Part shown: positions 30,301 to 44,137 of the stretch, one piece after another
Position numbering within the stretch: position 1 is the stretch's first letter
Layout of the letters: every line of letters begins with the position of its first letter
From: Bugula neritina
Taxonomy: Eukaryota; Animalia; Bryozoa
DNA length: 64,000 nt
Direction: 5' to 3'
NCBI GenBank assembly: GCA_964035545.1
Contig: OZ037772.1
Coordinates: 7,920,889-7,984,888 of the forward strand
The notes under the pieces: model-generated
Told to the model about the DNA's origin: nothing
Seen by the model: only the letters and a program-made list of their open reading frames with translations
The model's database searches: none
Translations under genes and position numbers: made by a program

Positions 30301-33046
30301 GCCTGAAGAGTCAAAGGATATATATTTTACTTCTTTAGTCCAGGTAAACACAGTATTCACTTTCCATTTATTGTTAGTATAGCAAAGACACTTTACCGAT
30401 TTGTATTTGTTATCATAGAAGAATGTCTTGTCTGGGTTGAGAAGATGAGTGACTAAACCGACCGGTGAACCTATGCGAGCTTGTGGTATTGCTCCATCTC
30501 TCTGTTGACAGGAAGTGCATGACCCTGCTTGTGTAAAAGTATAATTGCTTTTACGGTAGACACCCCTTATGCAACAGTATGTATAGTCAGATATCCAAAG
30601 ACGGGTATTGTCTTTCGGTGAGTCCATCATGGCTGATATTAGTCCGAATCTTGCTCCAGATCCTCTGCTATTGATTGCACCTTTACTGAATCTGTCACCA
30701 GCTAATATATAGTAGACATTGAAATCTCTTGTTGTGTATATTGCGTATCCAATGACCACTAAGTAAACATTAGAGACGTAACTGTCGGGTAGAATTACTC
30801 TAATTGGTACATCACCTTCTCTGAAATTTCTCACTGGCGTGCTTAGCTTGCTCCCAACTGTCTTAAACTCAATTCTGTAATGAAAAGCTATATTGATTAC
30901 ATCATAATTTTAATTATTTAAAGTATCAAGTACACATGGTCCTAACTGAAGAAACTTATGGTTTTAAGAAACTCCGCATATCAATGGCTGCTCAACAGTC
31001 TATAGTGTATCACATCTTAGCGCAATTACCTGTGCTAAGAAAATTTTATAATAATACATTTTATCTTCACAAAAACGTTTTTGTGATTTTTTCAAAACAG
31101 ATTTAATCTTTATCTAGGGCCTATACAATATTTCTTAGTTATTTGTGCATTAACAATAACAGTAATGGTGACATTGTCAAAAAAACACAACTATAGAATT
31201 ATCCCACTGCCATATGTATTGTAGGATGAGCAAATATAGCATTGAATTTTACAAATGGCATCAAATAAAATGCGGTTTAGATTTTTCAAGTGTTTTTTCA
31301 TCGCAGCCTTATACCCACAAATATACTTAAAGTTTAATTTATGTAATTGCTTCTAAATTTTTGCTTACAAATTTCTAATTTGGTAAACATGCATTTTTAA
31401 TGCCTTCATTACCATTCAAGTCAGATAAAATACATAAACGGCCTTTTGCTTCCTCTAGAATTTAAGATGATGACCATTTTAATTTAAAAGATAGTAAAAA
31501 TTATTCCCAATGTAATAAAAAAGGTCATACTTTCAAACTAATCTTTTTCATACAGATAAAAAAATCTAACTTTTTTATAAAATAGTCTGCTTTAAATTAT
31601 ATTATTGCTAAATTTACAAAACTAACATGGTTAATGCATGTGTTTGACTGCCTACAATCAAACCTATGTTCTTTTTGTGAATGTATACATGCAATTACAG
31701 TCACCAAAGTTTTGAAAGTCTATGCATATATAATTTTGATAGAAAAGAATGGAAACAAATATGATTTTTTTACTTTTATAAATTAGTCTTATCAGCAAAT
31801 TGATCAATGTTGGATTTATAAAAAATTTACAGCAATATTTTCGACAAATTCCGTTTTATGTGTATAGTTAAAGCATACTTCCGTATTGTGTCGGTAAAGA
31901 TTGTCTCCCCTTCTGTTTTGAGAAAAGTAACGAGTAGCTGAAATAAAAAAAGATTTATGAAAAAATATATTTCAAGTTTTGCTTCATAGTTTTACCAGCT
32001 ACAATCATGACATAGGCTCTGCATGTTTCAAGTTATATATTTTCATAATAAATATTGTATATTCTGAGCAGTGTAAATTGTATGTTGTATAACAATTTAT
32101 GCTGTATGTTTTCAGTGAATCGTTACATGTTGTATTGAAAAACTTTTGCATAATAAATTATATTTCAATTTTTATAAGTTTGATTGAACGATAACCTTAA
32201 GAGAAAGACCAATAATTTCTGATATGAAAGTAACTTTAAGGTTTGCAATATGTCATCATGCATTTATCGTTTACAAATTTTTAAATTTGTAAATTTGTAA
32301 TTTTTTTACCCGACATTAAAATCGCATCCCTAAATGTTATATTAAAGCTTTCATCTAATGTTTACATGAACTTTATTTAAAAATCACCCAAATATTCAGC
32401 AGTTGAAAAACGCTCTATAATAGCATAGAATATTATTTTTATTTAATTTAAATAAGAAGGCTTATATATTAGAATAGGACTTTAAAATAGTTTTAATCTA
32501 AGTATTTTGTGGTACATGCAACACTCTAAAATTAAAATTTATAGATAATAACTCTACAGACCCTGGGTTATTGAAGTTAGCAATAAAAAAGTAAAAAATG
32601 TTCTCAGCTTTCTACAATAAATATGGATAATAGTTGCAAGAACAACATGCATTTAAAATTTCGAATTTGAACTACAATAATAACACTTTTCTAGCACATC
32701 ATTGTGAATAGATTTTGACACTGTAATTGAATTTTAATTGAACAAACTAAACAACCAAATACTCTTTTGTATTTTAAACAACACATATAACAAAGTAGCA
32801 AAATAATAATTTTAATAGTATTAAATAAAACAACACTATATTATAAATTATTGTTAGAAAAAATTAGATACTAGTAAGAACTAAAGAAATACTATAGCGG
32901 AAGAAGGCATAAGTATTTTCATACTGTCAGATACGAACTCTACATAAGTGTTTTATGTTTGCAGCAACCTGTTAAACAAGCTGAAGAAAAAAGTAGATAT
33001 AATAAACACTCACAAAGTACACAATTCCAAACCAATGTCTAGGCAT
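27317..33046 (-). CDS. Gene G: type I membrane NHL-propeller receptor with long Thr-rich mucin stalk, ~504 aa
   Basis: Exons 33046-33014 (MPRHWFGIVYF), 31937-31879 (59 nt), 30874-29913 (propeller), 29479-29349 and 28665-28576 (Thr/Pro stalk), 27556-27317 (stalk + TM FMIIVMFLVITVLFIVSLVIV). A further tail exon is possible. Confidence 0.82.
28308..28517 (+). mobile_element. tRNA-Thr-derived SINE
   Basis: GCAGCTGTGGTCTAAGGGTTAGAGCG..GGGTTTGAACCCC..GGTGATGTTAGGAAGAGCATCCAGTC..AAACTTGCGTGAG. Confidence 0.85.
29548..29754 (-). mobile_element. tRNA-Thr-derived SINE
   Basis: Reverse-complement match to the 28308 copy. Confidence 0.8.
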
Positions 33047-33399
33047 GTTTTTGGTTGTTCAGAATATAATATTATTGCGTTTTATTTTCAAAGATCTAAA
33101 AAGCATTGTTAAAGCTCATAATAGGAGTTAAGAGCAATAATAACAAATACATGCTTTAAAAATTCTGCTTAGTATAATAAAGGAATTAAGTAGCAAAGCA
33201 TATCATGGCTAATATAAAATGAATTTTTCTGGTGCGAATATTTTGATTTATTTGTAACTTTTTTGTAAACCTTTTTTTAGAAGTCATAATTTTATTACAG
33301 ACGATTTTTGAAATGTAAGCGCATCTAAACTGTTGAAAGTTGTTCAATTAAATCAATTACTTTCCTGCTTTCTTATATATTTACTGTATATCATTATAC

Positions 33400-33403
<4 letters not shown>

Positions 33404-33462
<59 letters not shown>
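33404..33462. repeat. (TA)n microsatellite between the divergent genes G and H
   Basis: Direct reading. Confidence 0.95.
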
Positions 33463-33466
<4 letters not shown>

Positions 33467-33660
33467 ACTTTAAATAACTCAGTAAGTCTAAAAATTCATC
33501 TGTATGCTGCTTTGAATTCTTTGCATTTTATAAAAAATCATCTATATTATATTTTTTCTAAACTTCAAAACATTCCTATGTTATAGTAAGAGCTGGTATA
33601 GTAAGCTAGAGCTGGTATAGTAAGAGCTGGTATAGTAAGAGCTCCAACATCAACTTAACA

Positions 33661-36600
33661 ATGAAATCAAATTGCCTGAGCGTCGCTTTGTTTCTACTTC
33701 TGGTAAGTAAACTGTTAGAAGTAAGTCACTCTAAAAATAGAATGAAAGTTTTAGGGTTACAAGTATTGTGCCTCAACAAGAAATATAGATATTTTCAGCC
33801 TCGGTTCTCTGAGAGTCTCTGCGCTGTGGCGACTTTTGAGCAACAGTAAACATTTTTATGTTATTTTGTATGCAGAAATCATCCCACATTAAATTTGAAA
33901 TGAACTCAAACCAAGTTTTTCAGTCTTAGCTTTTAAAATGCCGTTTAGTTTATTGTTTCTTGATTACTAACTTGTTTTTGAATACATTTTACTTCTGCAG
34001 CTGCACAATATCTTCAGTATTGATTCTTGTCTACGTTGCCAGCTGTACCAACAATGTTGTCAATAAGTTAAAAGTAGTGGATTATGTTCTCCACATAGGG
34101 TATATGTCATCCTTATACGCTAGTTACCCACATCTCTCTATTAGCTATCATCAACGTTTCTAGACTATTTAACTTCTATTGCAAGTTCAATTGCCTTAGT
34201 TGCATAACAAAGCTTACCATACCTACATGTCTATAAAGAATTAGTACTACAAGCAGTACATATATAGTAACTAACTAATCAATTTTTACAACAATCTTTT
34301 TAAAAAAAACCTTTTCTTAGTACGAGTAATTTCTTTGTATTCCATGACTGAAGATTATGTGATTTGATGAAATTCAACAATTTTATTTTTTAAACAACAC
34401 ACAGCAAATTACAGTTGCAAAATATTTTTGACAGGTAAACATGAAAACTTTTGAGCAGGTAACCAAGTTTATAACTCATTAGATAAAGCTAAATTCAATA
34501 ATTTAATAATTATTATCTTTTGAATAATTAATTATCACACCAACTTAGCTGCAATTACTTGGCAAAGCAGACATCTCCTAATGCCATGAATAATGTTTCT
34601 TCCATTTCAGGTGAATTTAAGTGAAGTTCATAGTGGCACAATCTTTAGATCAACTATCAATGGGTGAGTTTTAGCTCTTTCAATACTTCAATGAGTCAAC
34701 AGTAAAAAATAGTAAAATAATTTTTCTTTTCTAAAAATTACCAACTATAAATGTAAACCACCAAAATATTGTTTTAATATTTAATATTATATATAATATA
34801 ACAATATTGATTGTTAATAACAATTTTAATATAATATTTATAAACAGCAATGACTGTTGTACTTTCTATTTTACTTGTTGCCGGGAAGCTATATTATGAC
34901 AACTCCTATAAGAGTACTAATAAGCAAATACATTTTTCATGTATCTCATTTTAATTTCAGTTCAAAGTACTTTTATGCTGTTGCTTTTGTTGCTTTAAAA
35001 AGTAAGTAGGTAAGTATAAGTAAAAAGGTGAAGTACATCTAACATGCTTTTGTTTTTTTTTTGTAGAATAACTTTTAAAAATTTAGTCAAAATTTTGGAG
35101 ACAAATAAAAATGATCAGCTGAAAGTTATACTCCCTCATCCAACAAAGTTAGACAACTACATTGTTCTGGGCAAATGTGCAATTTTTCAGCTAGAAATAT
35201 CAGCTCCTAGTCTGAGTGTTTTAGCTGGAAACTCTAGTGACTGCGGTTATAAAAAAGGGGCTGGTCCGGTAGCTAGGTTTAGAAAGCTAAGCAGTGCTGT
35301 TAATTCACCAGACCAAGCTGGACAACTCTGGATTGCGGATGAAGACAACAATTGCATTCGCAGGTTTAATCTTCAGACCCTGACGTCTGAGCCCTTTGCT
35401 GGAATCTGTACCAATAAAGGAAACCAAGATGGGCTAACTCACAATGCTAGAATGGCCGCTCCAGTAGCCTTGGAAATGGATTATAATCGCAGCCATGTTT
35501 ATTTTTATGATAGGGTGTATAAAGCAATAAAACGATTTTCCATGGACCTTGCTTATGGGCAATGGAGGATAGAAACAATCAGGACTACCAAGGATGAAGT
35601 ACTAGCCATTTCTTTCAACCCTTCTGGTTCTTTTCTTTATTTAACTTACAAAAATACTGTTAGCCGCAGTTTAATTGGCAACTTGAATGAAGATACACCA
35701 ATCAGCAGCCTCGAATCAGGTTATGGCGATGGTCCCATTTTGTCTTCAAAGGTCAACAACCCGAACTCATTGGTTTTCATTGATGACAAAATGTTTTTAG
35801 TTGCAGACTTTGAAAACTCTATTCTACGAGTATTTGACTTAGTATCAGACACAGTAACATCAATATGCAACATGCAGACGTCTGAGCTAGTATATGCTGG
35901 TGGAGAGATCCACAAGTGCAAGTTAGAACATCCTAAGTCAGTTATTGTCTCATCAGACGCTAAACACAAATATCTGTTTATTGTATCCAGTAAAGACATT
36001 TACAAGCTCAGCTTTTCAGGTGAGTCACCCATCTAATCAAATAGGTGAATCAGCTTTTTAACTCAGTCACCTAGCTATCAATTTAAATTGGTGACTCTGC
36101 TTTTGAAAGTAAGCCACTGAGCTATTTAGTTTACATTAAATCTGTTTCATATTATTGCCTTCATTAGTTTTAACAAATTTAAATAAAATTACAGCAAAAA
36201 GAATGAGTTAGTCAATATTTAAGTTAATATTTAAGAAAATTTTGTTTCATCAACTGCTTTATATTTGCAGTAATAGGTCAAAATACTGGCATTGCTGATA
36301 CTTTTAGATGTTTCTAATCAACTATACATATGTTTGTTTTAAGTTGTATCAACTCAAAACATATATTTTAAAGTAAAGCATGCTTCAAATATGTTTACAA
36401 CAAAGTTTAATCAAAACTGCAAGCCATCATTAATATTACAAAAAAAATTGAAGCTATTTAAATTGTAGCGTTTAAATATAAATCTGATATGATTTGCAGG
36501 TTCTTTCGTAGCACCAGATTTCAACAACACTTCAAATAGAACTGATTTTAATGGTTCAAAATTTCCACTTCCGTATGCCGAGCCAATAAAAGTTCCAGAC

Positions 36601-38060
36601 TCTAATTTGACTAACTCTAATAATTCCATTAAGCCTGAAGCAGCAATAGCGTCTAGTTGGATTGACCAGAATAAAGACACAATAGTATATGCTGTCGTAG
36701 GAGCTGGGGGCATCGGGTTTATGGCATCTATGCTCTACGTGTTTCACGTATACCAAAACAGTAGGAACTTAACCAGATATTAATTGTAACCAAAAATACA
36801 TGAATAAATAATTAGTTTTTAAGTAAGCAAAGTATTATTTTTTACTTGTTTTGAAACATAAAGCAGTTGCAAACAAAGTGAAATTTTAAAATTTCATTGG
36901 TTTATTCATTTTATGAGGCAAGCTTCTTTTCACTTGTTTCTTTTTTTAAATCATTCTATTACAATTTCAATCTCAAGTTTGAATTTCAGATGTTTTACAC
37001 ATTGTCTTTACTATCAAATTCATTTATTCAAGCTTGTGTTTGTGGTTCCATGCGTGCTTTAATCACATGTATCTTATCTTTTTTTTAAATTAAGCCATTT
37101 TTCTTATATATTTCACTAGTATTTAGTTGAAACTTTAATTTTAGGAGCAATTACAACATCCATTTATTATCATCCTTTACCTTTGAGTAATACAATATAA
37201 AATGTGATTTTTGGACAACTGCTCTATTTTTTTAGGTGAGAAAACAGACGATAGTCTGAGTGACACAAGATCAAAGCGCAGCGGTGAGAATGTCTTAGTT
37301 GTTGCCTGTTATACTCTACACTACTCTACTCTACTCTACCCTACTCCACTCCACTCTACTCTACTCTACTCTACTCTACCCTACTCCACTCCACTCTACT
37401 CTACTCTACTCTACTCTACTCTACTCTACTCTACTCTACTCTACTCTACTCTACTCTACTCTAATCTACTCTACTCTACTCTACTCTACTCTACTCTACT
37501 CTACTCCACTCCACTCCACTCCACTCCACTCCACTCCACTCCACTCCACTCCACTCCACTCCACTCCACTCCACTCTACTCTACTCTACTCTACTCTACT
37601 CTACTCTACTCTACTCTACACTACTCTACTCTACTCTACTCTACTCTACTCTACTCTACTCTACTCCACTCCACTCCACTCCACTTCACTCCACTCCACT
37701 CCACTCCACTCCACTCTACTCTATACTACTCTACTCTGCACTACTCTACACTATTCTGCACTACTTTACACTACTCTGCACTACTCTACACTACTCTGCA
37801 CTACTCTACACTACTCTACTCTGCACTACTCTACACTACTCTGCACTACTCTACTCTACTCTACTCTACTCTACTCTACTCTACTCTACTCTACTCTACT
37901 CTACTCTACTCTACTCTACTCTACTCTACTCTACTCTACTCTATGCCCAATGTATTTTGTTGTAGATAAAGCCAGCATTGGTTCATCTCACAGTTATGGA
38001 AGCAAGCATAAGAAACACAAAAAATCTAAACATCACAAATCAAAAAATTCCATTCTCTAA
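33661..38060 (+). CDS. Gene H: type I membrane NHL-propeller receptor, ~483 aa
   Basis: Exons 33661-33702 (MKSNCLSVALFLLL), 34611-34663, 35067-36019 (propeller), 36500-36760 (N-sequon-rich stalk + TM), 37236-37283, 37966-38060 (KHKKHKKSKHHKSKNSIL*). Total 1452 nt, in frame. Confidence 0.87.
37313..37942. repeat. (CTACT/CCACT)n pentanucleotide satellite, intronic
   Basis: Fills gene H intron 5. Confidence 0.97.
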
Positions 38061-38915
38061 CTGTGACAATATCTTGTTGTTTCTTCAGCCATTGTTTTAT
38101 TTATTTTAGTTGAATAATTCCAATCAGTATTATCAAAGTTCTATATATGATTTATATAACTAATGTAAATTTTATTGTTCTCTTTAACAAATAAACATTA
38201 ATGAAAAGGTACTAGAACATTTATTTAAATAGATGGTCAATATAAAAGCAGAAATCATTAATCATTAAACATAGTAATTGTTGCATGAAGCAAGAGGTTT
38301 TTATTTATATACTATTATCTCCTGTTGCAGGTAGTATCATATTCTAGAAAACTGCATTGCTATAATATAAATACAGAACTTTAATTACCTTAAAATTTTA
38401 ACATTAAAATCTCATTAATACAATAAATTTCCAATAATTGTAAATTGCATTTTTTACTGTCATGCAATAAATGTTTCTTATATAACTAAAGTGTGAGTGA
38501 ACCTCAAACTTAACATAGTCCTTAGTCTTGTAAAAATCTTATCATAATATTTTTTATCTCCTCAGTTCCACAGCTCTAAGAAGGTCAGCAATTGACCACA
38601 GGCTTCATTTGAAAAACTTTCAGCTGTTTGAAGTATACCCAACGTGTTAGTTATTTCTAGCCAAATAGTACCAAAGCATAACACAGGAGAAAAAAATATA
38701 TTTTAATGTAATGATTTCTTTAAAAGTATATAAATGTGTGTAATTGAGCTTTGTTTACCTTTATGATTACAAATTTGAGTTTTATGAAATATGTTTCATT
38801 GTGTTATTTAAGTTATTTTTAGAATTTTAATACTTTTTGATGATAAAAACATTTTTATGCATTAAAAACTTTTATTTAATTTACTAAGTAAGTAAAGTTG
38901 GCAACAATATAAAGA

Positions 38916-41900
38916 ATGGACACAGATAACATATACTTCACTTTATCTATGACAGTTCTTTTAGTGAGTACATACCAAGTAGATGATGAAGTATGAATGC
39001 AGAGCTAAATTATTCATGTCGCCATTTTTCAACAAATTTCACTTGAACTTATTTTTCAATTTTTTGTTCAGATTACATATCTTCAAAAACTAAAACCAAA
39101 ATAAAACTCAAAAAGCTTTACTATTTTCACTATATTTGTAATAATTTTGTTATTTTTCTCAAATTTCACTTAGACTTTTTTATTTCTGTTTGTTTATTTG
39201 AATATTTTTGTACTAGGTATATGTTGAAAAAAGTTCTGCTATAGATGTGGAAATTTTTGAAGAGGAGATACAAGGGTAGGGAAATAATTCTGTCATTCTT
39301 TGAAATTTTACAATTTAATTTTTCTTTTAAAGCATCCTTTGGTGAATAAAACTAACTATAGCTAAAATCATGACAAACTTTGCATTCAAAAAGTTATATC
39401 TTTTGGAAAAAAACATTTAAATAACTTTACAATATATTTTTATAGGAAAAATTATAAAAGATTGTGATACTTAGTATTTTAATAACTAGTTTAATAACTA
39501 ATTCATAAAGAGCCTTTTATCTTTAGCATTATGATTTCATGGTGTTGCTTTGGCCTTGGTTTGATTAAATAGTTCTTGATGATTTCATAGTAAGCAACCA
39601 CTCATAATGAGTAAATTAATTTGGTTGTACTAATAATATGTACCTAATTATGTGTACTTTGATTGTGTAGAATCAAGTTTGACACCCTTTCGATTCTTCG
39701 ACAAGGCCAGACAACTTCCACTGCAGATATAACGGCGAGCCAGTTCAAATATATAACACCAGACAAGAGAGAGTATGGTAGATTCTTTCTGGTTGATCAG
39801 TGTGCGATATACCTATTCAACTCTGTGTCTAAAGAGACCACCCATGTAGTTGGCAGCAAACAAGTATGCGGTAACAGCGATGGAGTTGGTATAGCCGCGA
39901 GGTTCAGAACTATAGAATGTCTGTTTGTGTCTCCAGTGAACAAGAGCATTATCTGGATATTGGACTCAGGCAATCACTGTATCAAACAAGCAAATGTAGT
40001 AAGCAAGTCAGTCAAAAGCTTTGCAGGTTATTGCGGTCATAAGGGAGATCTGGATGGCCCCGTTTTGAAATCTATATTGGCAAATCCCAAGGTTATGACT
40101 CAGAATCCTCAAAATAACGAAGAAGCTTATTTCTACGACAACGATTACTACTCGATAAAAAAGTTATTTCTGAATATTGAAACGGGCACATGGTACATAC
40201 AGACATTAGCAACTTGGTCTCAACCCATTCTGGGAATATCCTTTGACCTCTCGGGTTCATTTATTTACTTAGCACACACAAGTGGATTATCTCGTATAGA
40301 TGTCAGTACGCTCTATATTGAAGACATCATTTTAGGCAATGGTCTGGGAAACAATGACGGCTCGTTGGAAGAAGCTAGCGTTTACAACGCAGGTCACATG
40401 ATCTTTCTTCATAATGACATCTTTATTATGTTAGACAGTAGTAACGCTAAGATTAGAGTAGTTAATCTTCAGTCTGGGATGATAACTTCCATATGTTTAG
40501 TACAGCTGAGAGAACCCTATGAGTTTGTGCCTGGCACTATAGACACCTGCAAGATGGGAAAACCAACTGGATTGACCCAACTTAAGGCTGAGACTGAAGG
40601 CGGGCAGAATTATTTTATTATTAGTTCTTACACCGCTCTTTACCAGCTATCATACACAGGTAAGTTTATTGTCCTAAATCACATAATCAAAGCAAATGGT
40701 TTTAAGATTTGGAGTAACTAAGTAATATATTATTTTTATTAAACTTTGAAAAAAGTTTGAAAAATTGAAATTTTGGACAGAGCTTTAAACAAAAAGCTTT
40801 CTTGCTATTTAATAGCCATATTGTTTATAATTAAAATTAATACCATTGTTGAAATAGTTTGAAGAAAGATACATATAATTTTGATAAGTTTGTCAGTCTG
40901 AGTTATTTGAATTTGAATATTTAAGGTAACAATAATTGTCAAGCATAAAATTTCTACTTAAAATTTTGAAATTTTGCATTTGAAATGTTTTTCTAGCTTT
41001 TCACATATGAAAATATATTACATCTTATTTTTTGCTAGGATCTTTTCAATCTGAAATATCAACAACCACCACAGACTCATCTTTGTTTGCCTTCATCAGA
41101 GACAAGGACTCTCCTCTGGGTAACTGGTTTTTATCCAATGGCATGACGCTGCTGTACTCTACAATTGGCATTGCTGTTTTTGGAATGATGGCAGCAGCCC
41201 TATACTACTTTAATAGGTCGGCTCCAGGTACGAATCCCGTTCAGTAAATTATACTCCATTTCAAACGTTCATATTTATATGGGCAAATACTCATTATATA
41301 AAAAAATCTCACGCACGATTATATTCACTATTCCTGTGAGAAACCCCTGATGGAAAGGGTTTTTATTAAAGTGCGCTAAGGACTTATTTTAATGGGGCAC
41401 AAGAGCAACTATGAGTGGATGATCTTCCTAACATCACCAATATCCTTTGTTGGGGTTCGAACCCATGACCTTCGTGTTTACTAGGCAAACACTCTAACCC
41501 CTAGACCACTGCTTCTCCTTAAGAGTTCAAACCCTAGGAGGTAGTTAAAAATATAATGTAGCAGTACATACCCGACAGATGAAGGTCAAACAAAGCTGCT
41601 GTGTTTATATAGTCAGTAGGTAAAGCTTGAAGCAATACTCTCTCTACATCTCTGTAGTTCTTCTCCCTGAAACTATAGCAAGAAATCTATTGTACCAAAA
41701 CATATAATTCTTATCTATGAATTAGTTAGGTTTTTAAGTAGTTTAGTTTTAGCATCTATATTAATAAATATTACCTGCGTGAGAATTGAAAACTTAAACT
41801 GAAAAGTTGAGAGGTATGGCTATAAAATGTTAAAGGCTCATTCTAATTCTAATTCTCTTGTTTACTAAGCAAACACTTTAAATACTAGACCACGGCTGCT

Positions 41901-42414
41901 CCTTCAAATACACATTATATAAGAACCTGCTTACTTTTAATTTCATCCTGGTTGTGCCTAAATGCCTACAGTTGAAATTTTGCCCATTTCTTATTTAAAA
42001 GAAAATTTAATAAATTTTGCCTCACTGAAAGATTGTAGGTATCTTTCTCAAATAATTTTTTCACCATTGAAATGAACAAAAATATATAAATAAATGAAAG
42101 CTTTTCTCGTTTTGTTAAAAATAATTAAAAGATGTTTGCTGCGGCTACTACTGCTGCTACTACTAACACTACCACTACCACAACCACTACCACCAACATC
42201 ACCACCACCACCACCACTACCACTACCATTACCACTACCACCACCACTACCACTACCACTACCACTACTACTGCCACTACCACTACCACTACCACTACCA
42301 CTACCACTACCACTACCACTACCACCACCACCACCACCACCACCACCACTACCACTACCACTACCACTACTACTGCCACTACCACTACCACTACCACTAC
42401 CACTACCACTACCA

Positions 42415-42497
<83 letters not shown>

Positions 42498-42501
42498 GCT
42501 G

Positions 42502-42575
<74 letters not shown>

Positions 42576-43305
42576 GCTACTGCCACTACTACTGCCACTC
42601 CTACTACTGCTACTGCTACTACTGCTACTGCCACTACTACTGCCACTACTACTACTGCTACTATACTATTGCAATTACTGTTGTTGTTGTCTGACCTCTG
42701 ATCCATCTTGTAGAAGAAGATACGTCGGGCAAATCAAGAAGGTCTCACAAATCAAGTCATTCAAAAACGTCACATAAATCTTCCAAGAGTCAAAGTTCAC
42801 GAACTTCAGTTAAAAGTTCAAAGAGCGCAAACAAGCATACAAATGGTGAGACAACTTTCTTTTTATCTTATAATTTGAGTAGCCAACTATAACAGCTGCT
42901 TCATAGCTTCTGTTGAAACTTACTCTCCTCACTCTATGAACACTTTTGACAAAGTGCAGGATTTGTTAGACTGCCTTTTATATTTAAATTGTTCAGTTGT
43001 TCTCAGCAATAACTTTTTTCAAATATCTAATATTTCTGCTTTGCAAATTAATTTTATGTTTTTAAACGTAGTTTCATAATTTTTTTTTTATCGGCAAAGA
43101 TTTATAGTTTTAATAATAGTTATAATAATTTTGATTATTTCCAACATTTGCTAGAAAAAATGTATTGTCATTTACTTGCAACTTACATCGGTTTTAAGTG
43201 AGTATCTTCTCTTGCTTGTTTCTCGTAGAGTGGTGGACAGGGAAAAGAAATAAAGATTTATACTCTTCTTCTAGATATAAGTATAACCCTCCAAAAATGT
43301 ATTGA
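38916..43305 (+). CDS. Gene I: type I membrane NHL-propeller receptor, ~497 aa
   Basis: Exons 38916-38963, 39217-39275 (59 nt), 39671-40659 (propeller), 41039-41227 (TM), 42714-42845 (S/K/H-rich), 43229-43305 (EWWTGKRNKDLYSSSRYKYNPPKMY*). Total 1494 nt, in frame. Confidence 0.85.
41308..41518 (-). mobile_element. tRNA-Thr-derived SINE (a 5' fragment also lies at ~41856-41903)
   Basis: Reverse-complement match including GGGGTTCGAACCC and TTCCTAACATCACC. Confidence 0.85.
42137..42663. repeat. (CTA/CCA)n trinucleotide satellite, intronic
   Basis: Lies between the TM exon and the first tail exon of gene I. Confidence 0.95.
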
Positions 43306-43721
43306 AGAGATCCAGCAATCCAAATACAATTTACACTGATTTAACATTTTATATATCTTTTGCAAATAAATATTTTAATATTTTATAATATGCGGCATAT
43401 TTTAATACAATATATAAATAGGTACTCACTTTCAGTATTTAAGGCTAACCTTTTAGTTCAAAAAAATATGTTTCAGATTTGAGTTATGATTGTGTTAATA
43501 AAAAGAATTCATTGCCAGTAAAAGTTTTATTTTTATTGATATGATATAGTAAAAAATTGTAAACACCTAAATTTGTTTGGCATTTGAATGTACGTATCTT
43601 TGTTTATTTTCATAAAAAAAAAATTTTTTTTGTTTTAGAAATTTTAATTTTATTCAAAGAGAAATTCAGAGTGTTACTGTTCAGACATAAAATCACAGCA
43701 GCGTTAGTTAGTGCAAGGCTA

Positions 43722-43940
43722 CACTCACTACTCACATTCATTACTCACATTTACTACTCACTTTCACTACTCACACTCACTACTAACACTCACTACTAAC
43801 ACTCACTACTCACATTCACTACTCACACTCACTACTAACACTCACTACTCACACTCACTACTCACATTCACTACTCACACTCACTACTAACACTCACTAC
43901 TAACACTCACTACTCACATTCACTACTCACACTCACTACT
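43722..43940. repeat. ~13-bp ACTCACTACT(C/A)AC minisatellite
   Basis: Direct reading. It sits ~200 bp upstream of the gene J ATG. Confidence 0.93.
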
Positions 43941-44137
43941 GTTAATATCCTAAAACAAAAACTTAAAAGTTGAACTGCATTTATAAATATTCAAACTTAA
44001 AATCTAATAGTATTACTTGACTTCTGCAATATGTATGGAATTCTAAAAATTAGTGAAAATTCTTTTTTAGATTACAAGTTTAAATTAAAGTCTTATGTAA
44101 AACAATATTGATTTTTACGAATAAAAAACTTGAAACA

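Noticed and set aside
37211-38060. 252/253-aa YSTLL-repeat ORFs
   Set aside because: Pentanucleotide satellite inside an intron. Only the flanking short exons of gene H are coding.
42094-42777. Poly-Thr / poly-Leu / poly-Val ORFs resembling a mucin stalk
   Set aside because: The repeat lies after the TM exon of gene I, and gene I splices cleanly around it.
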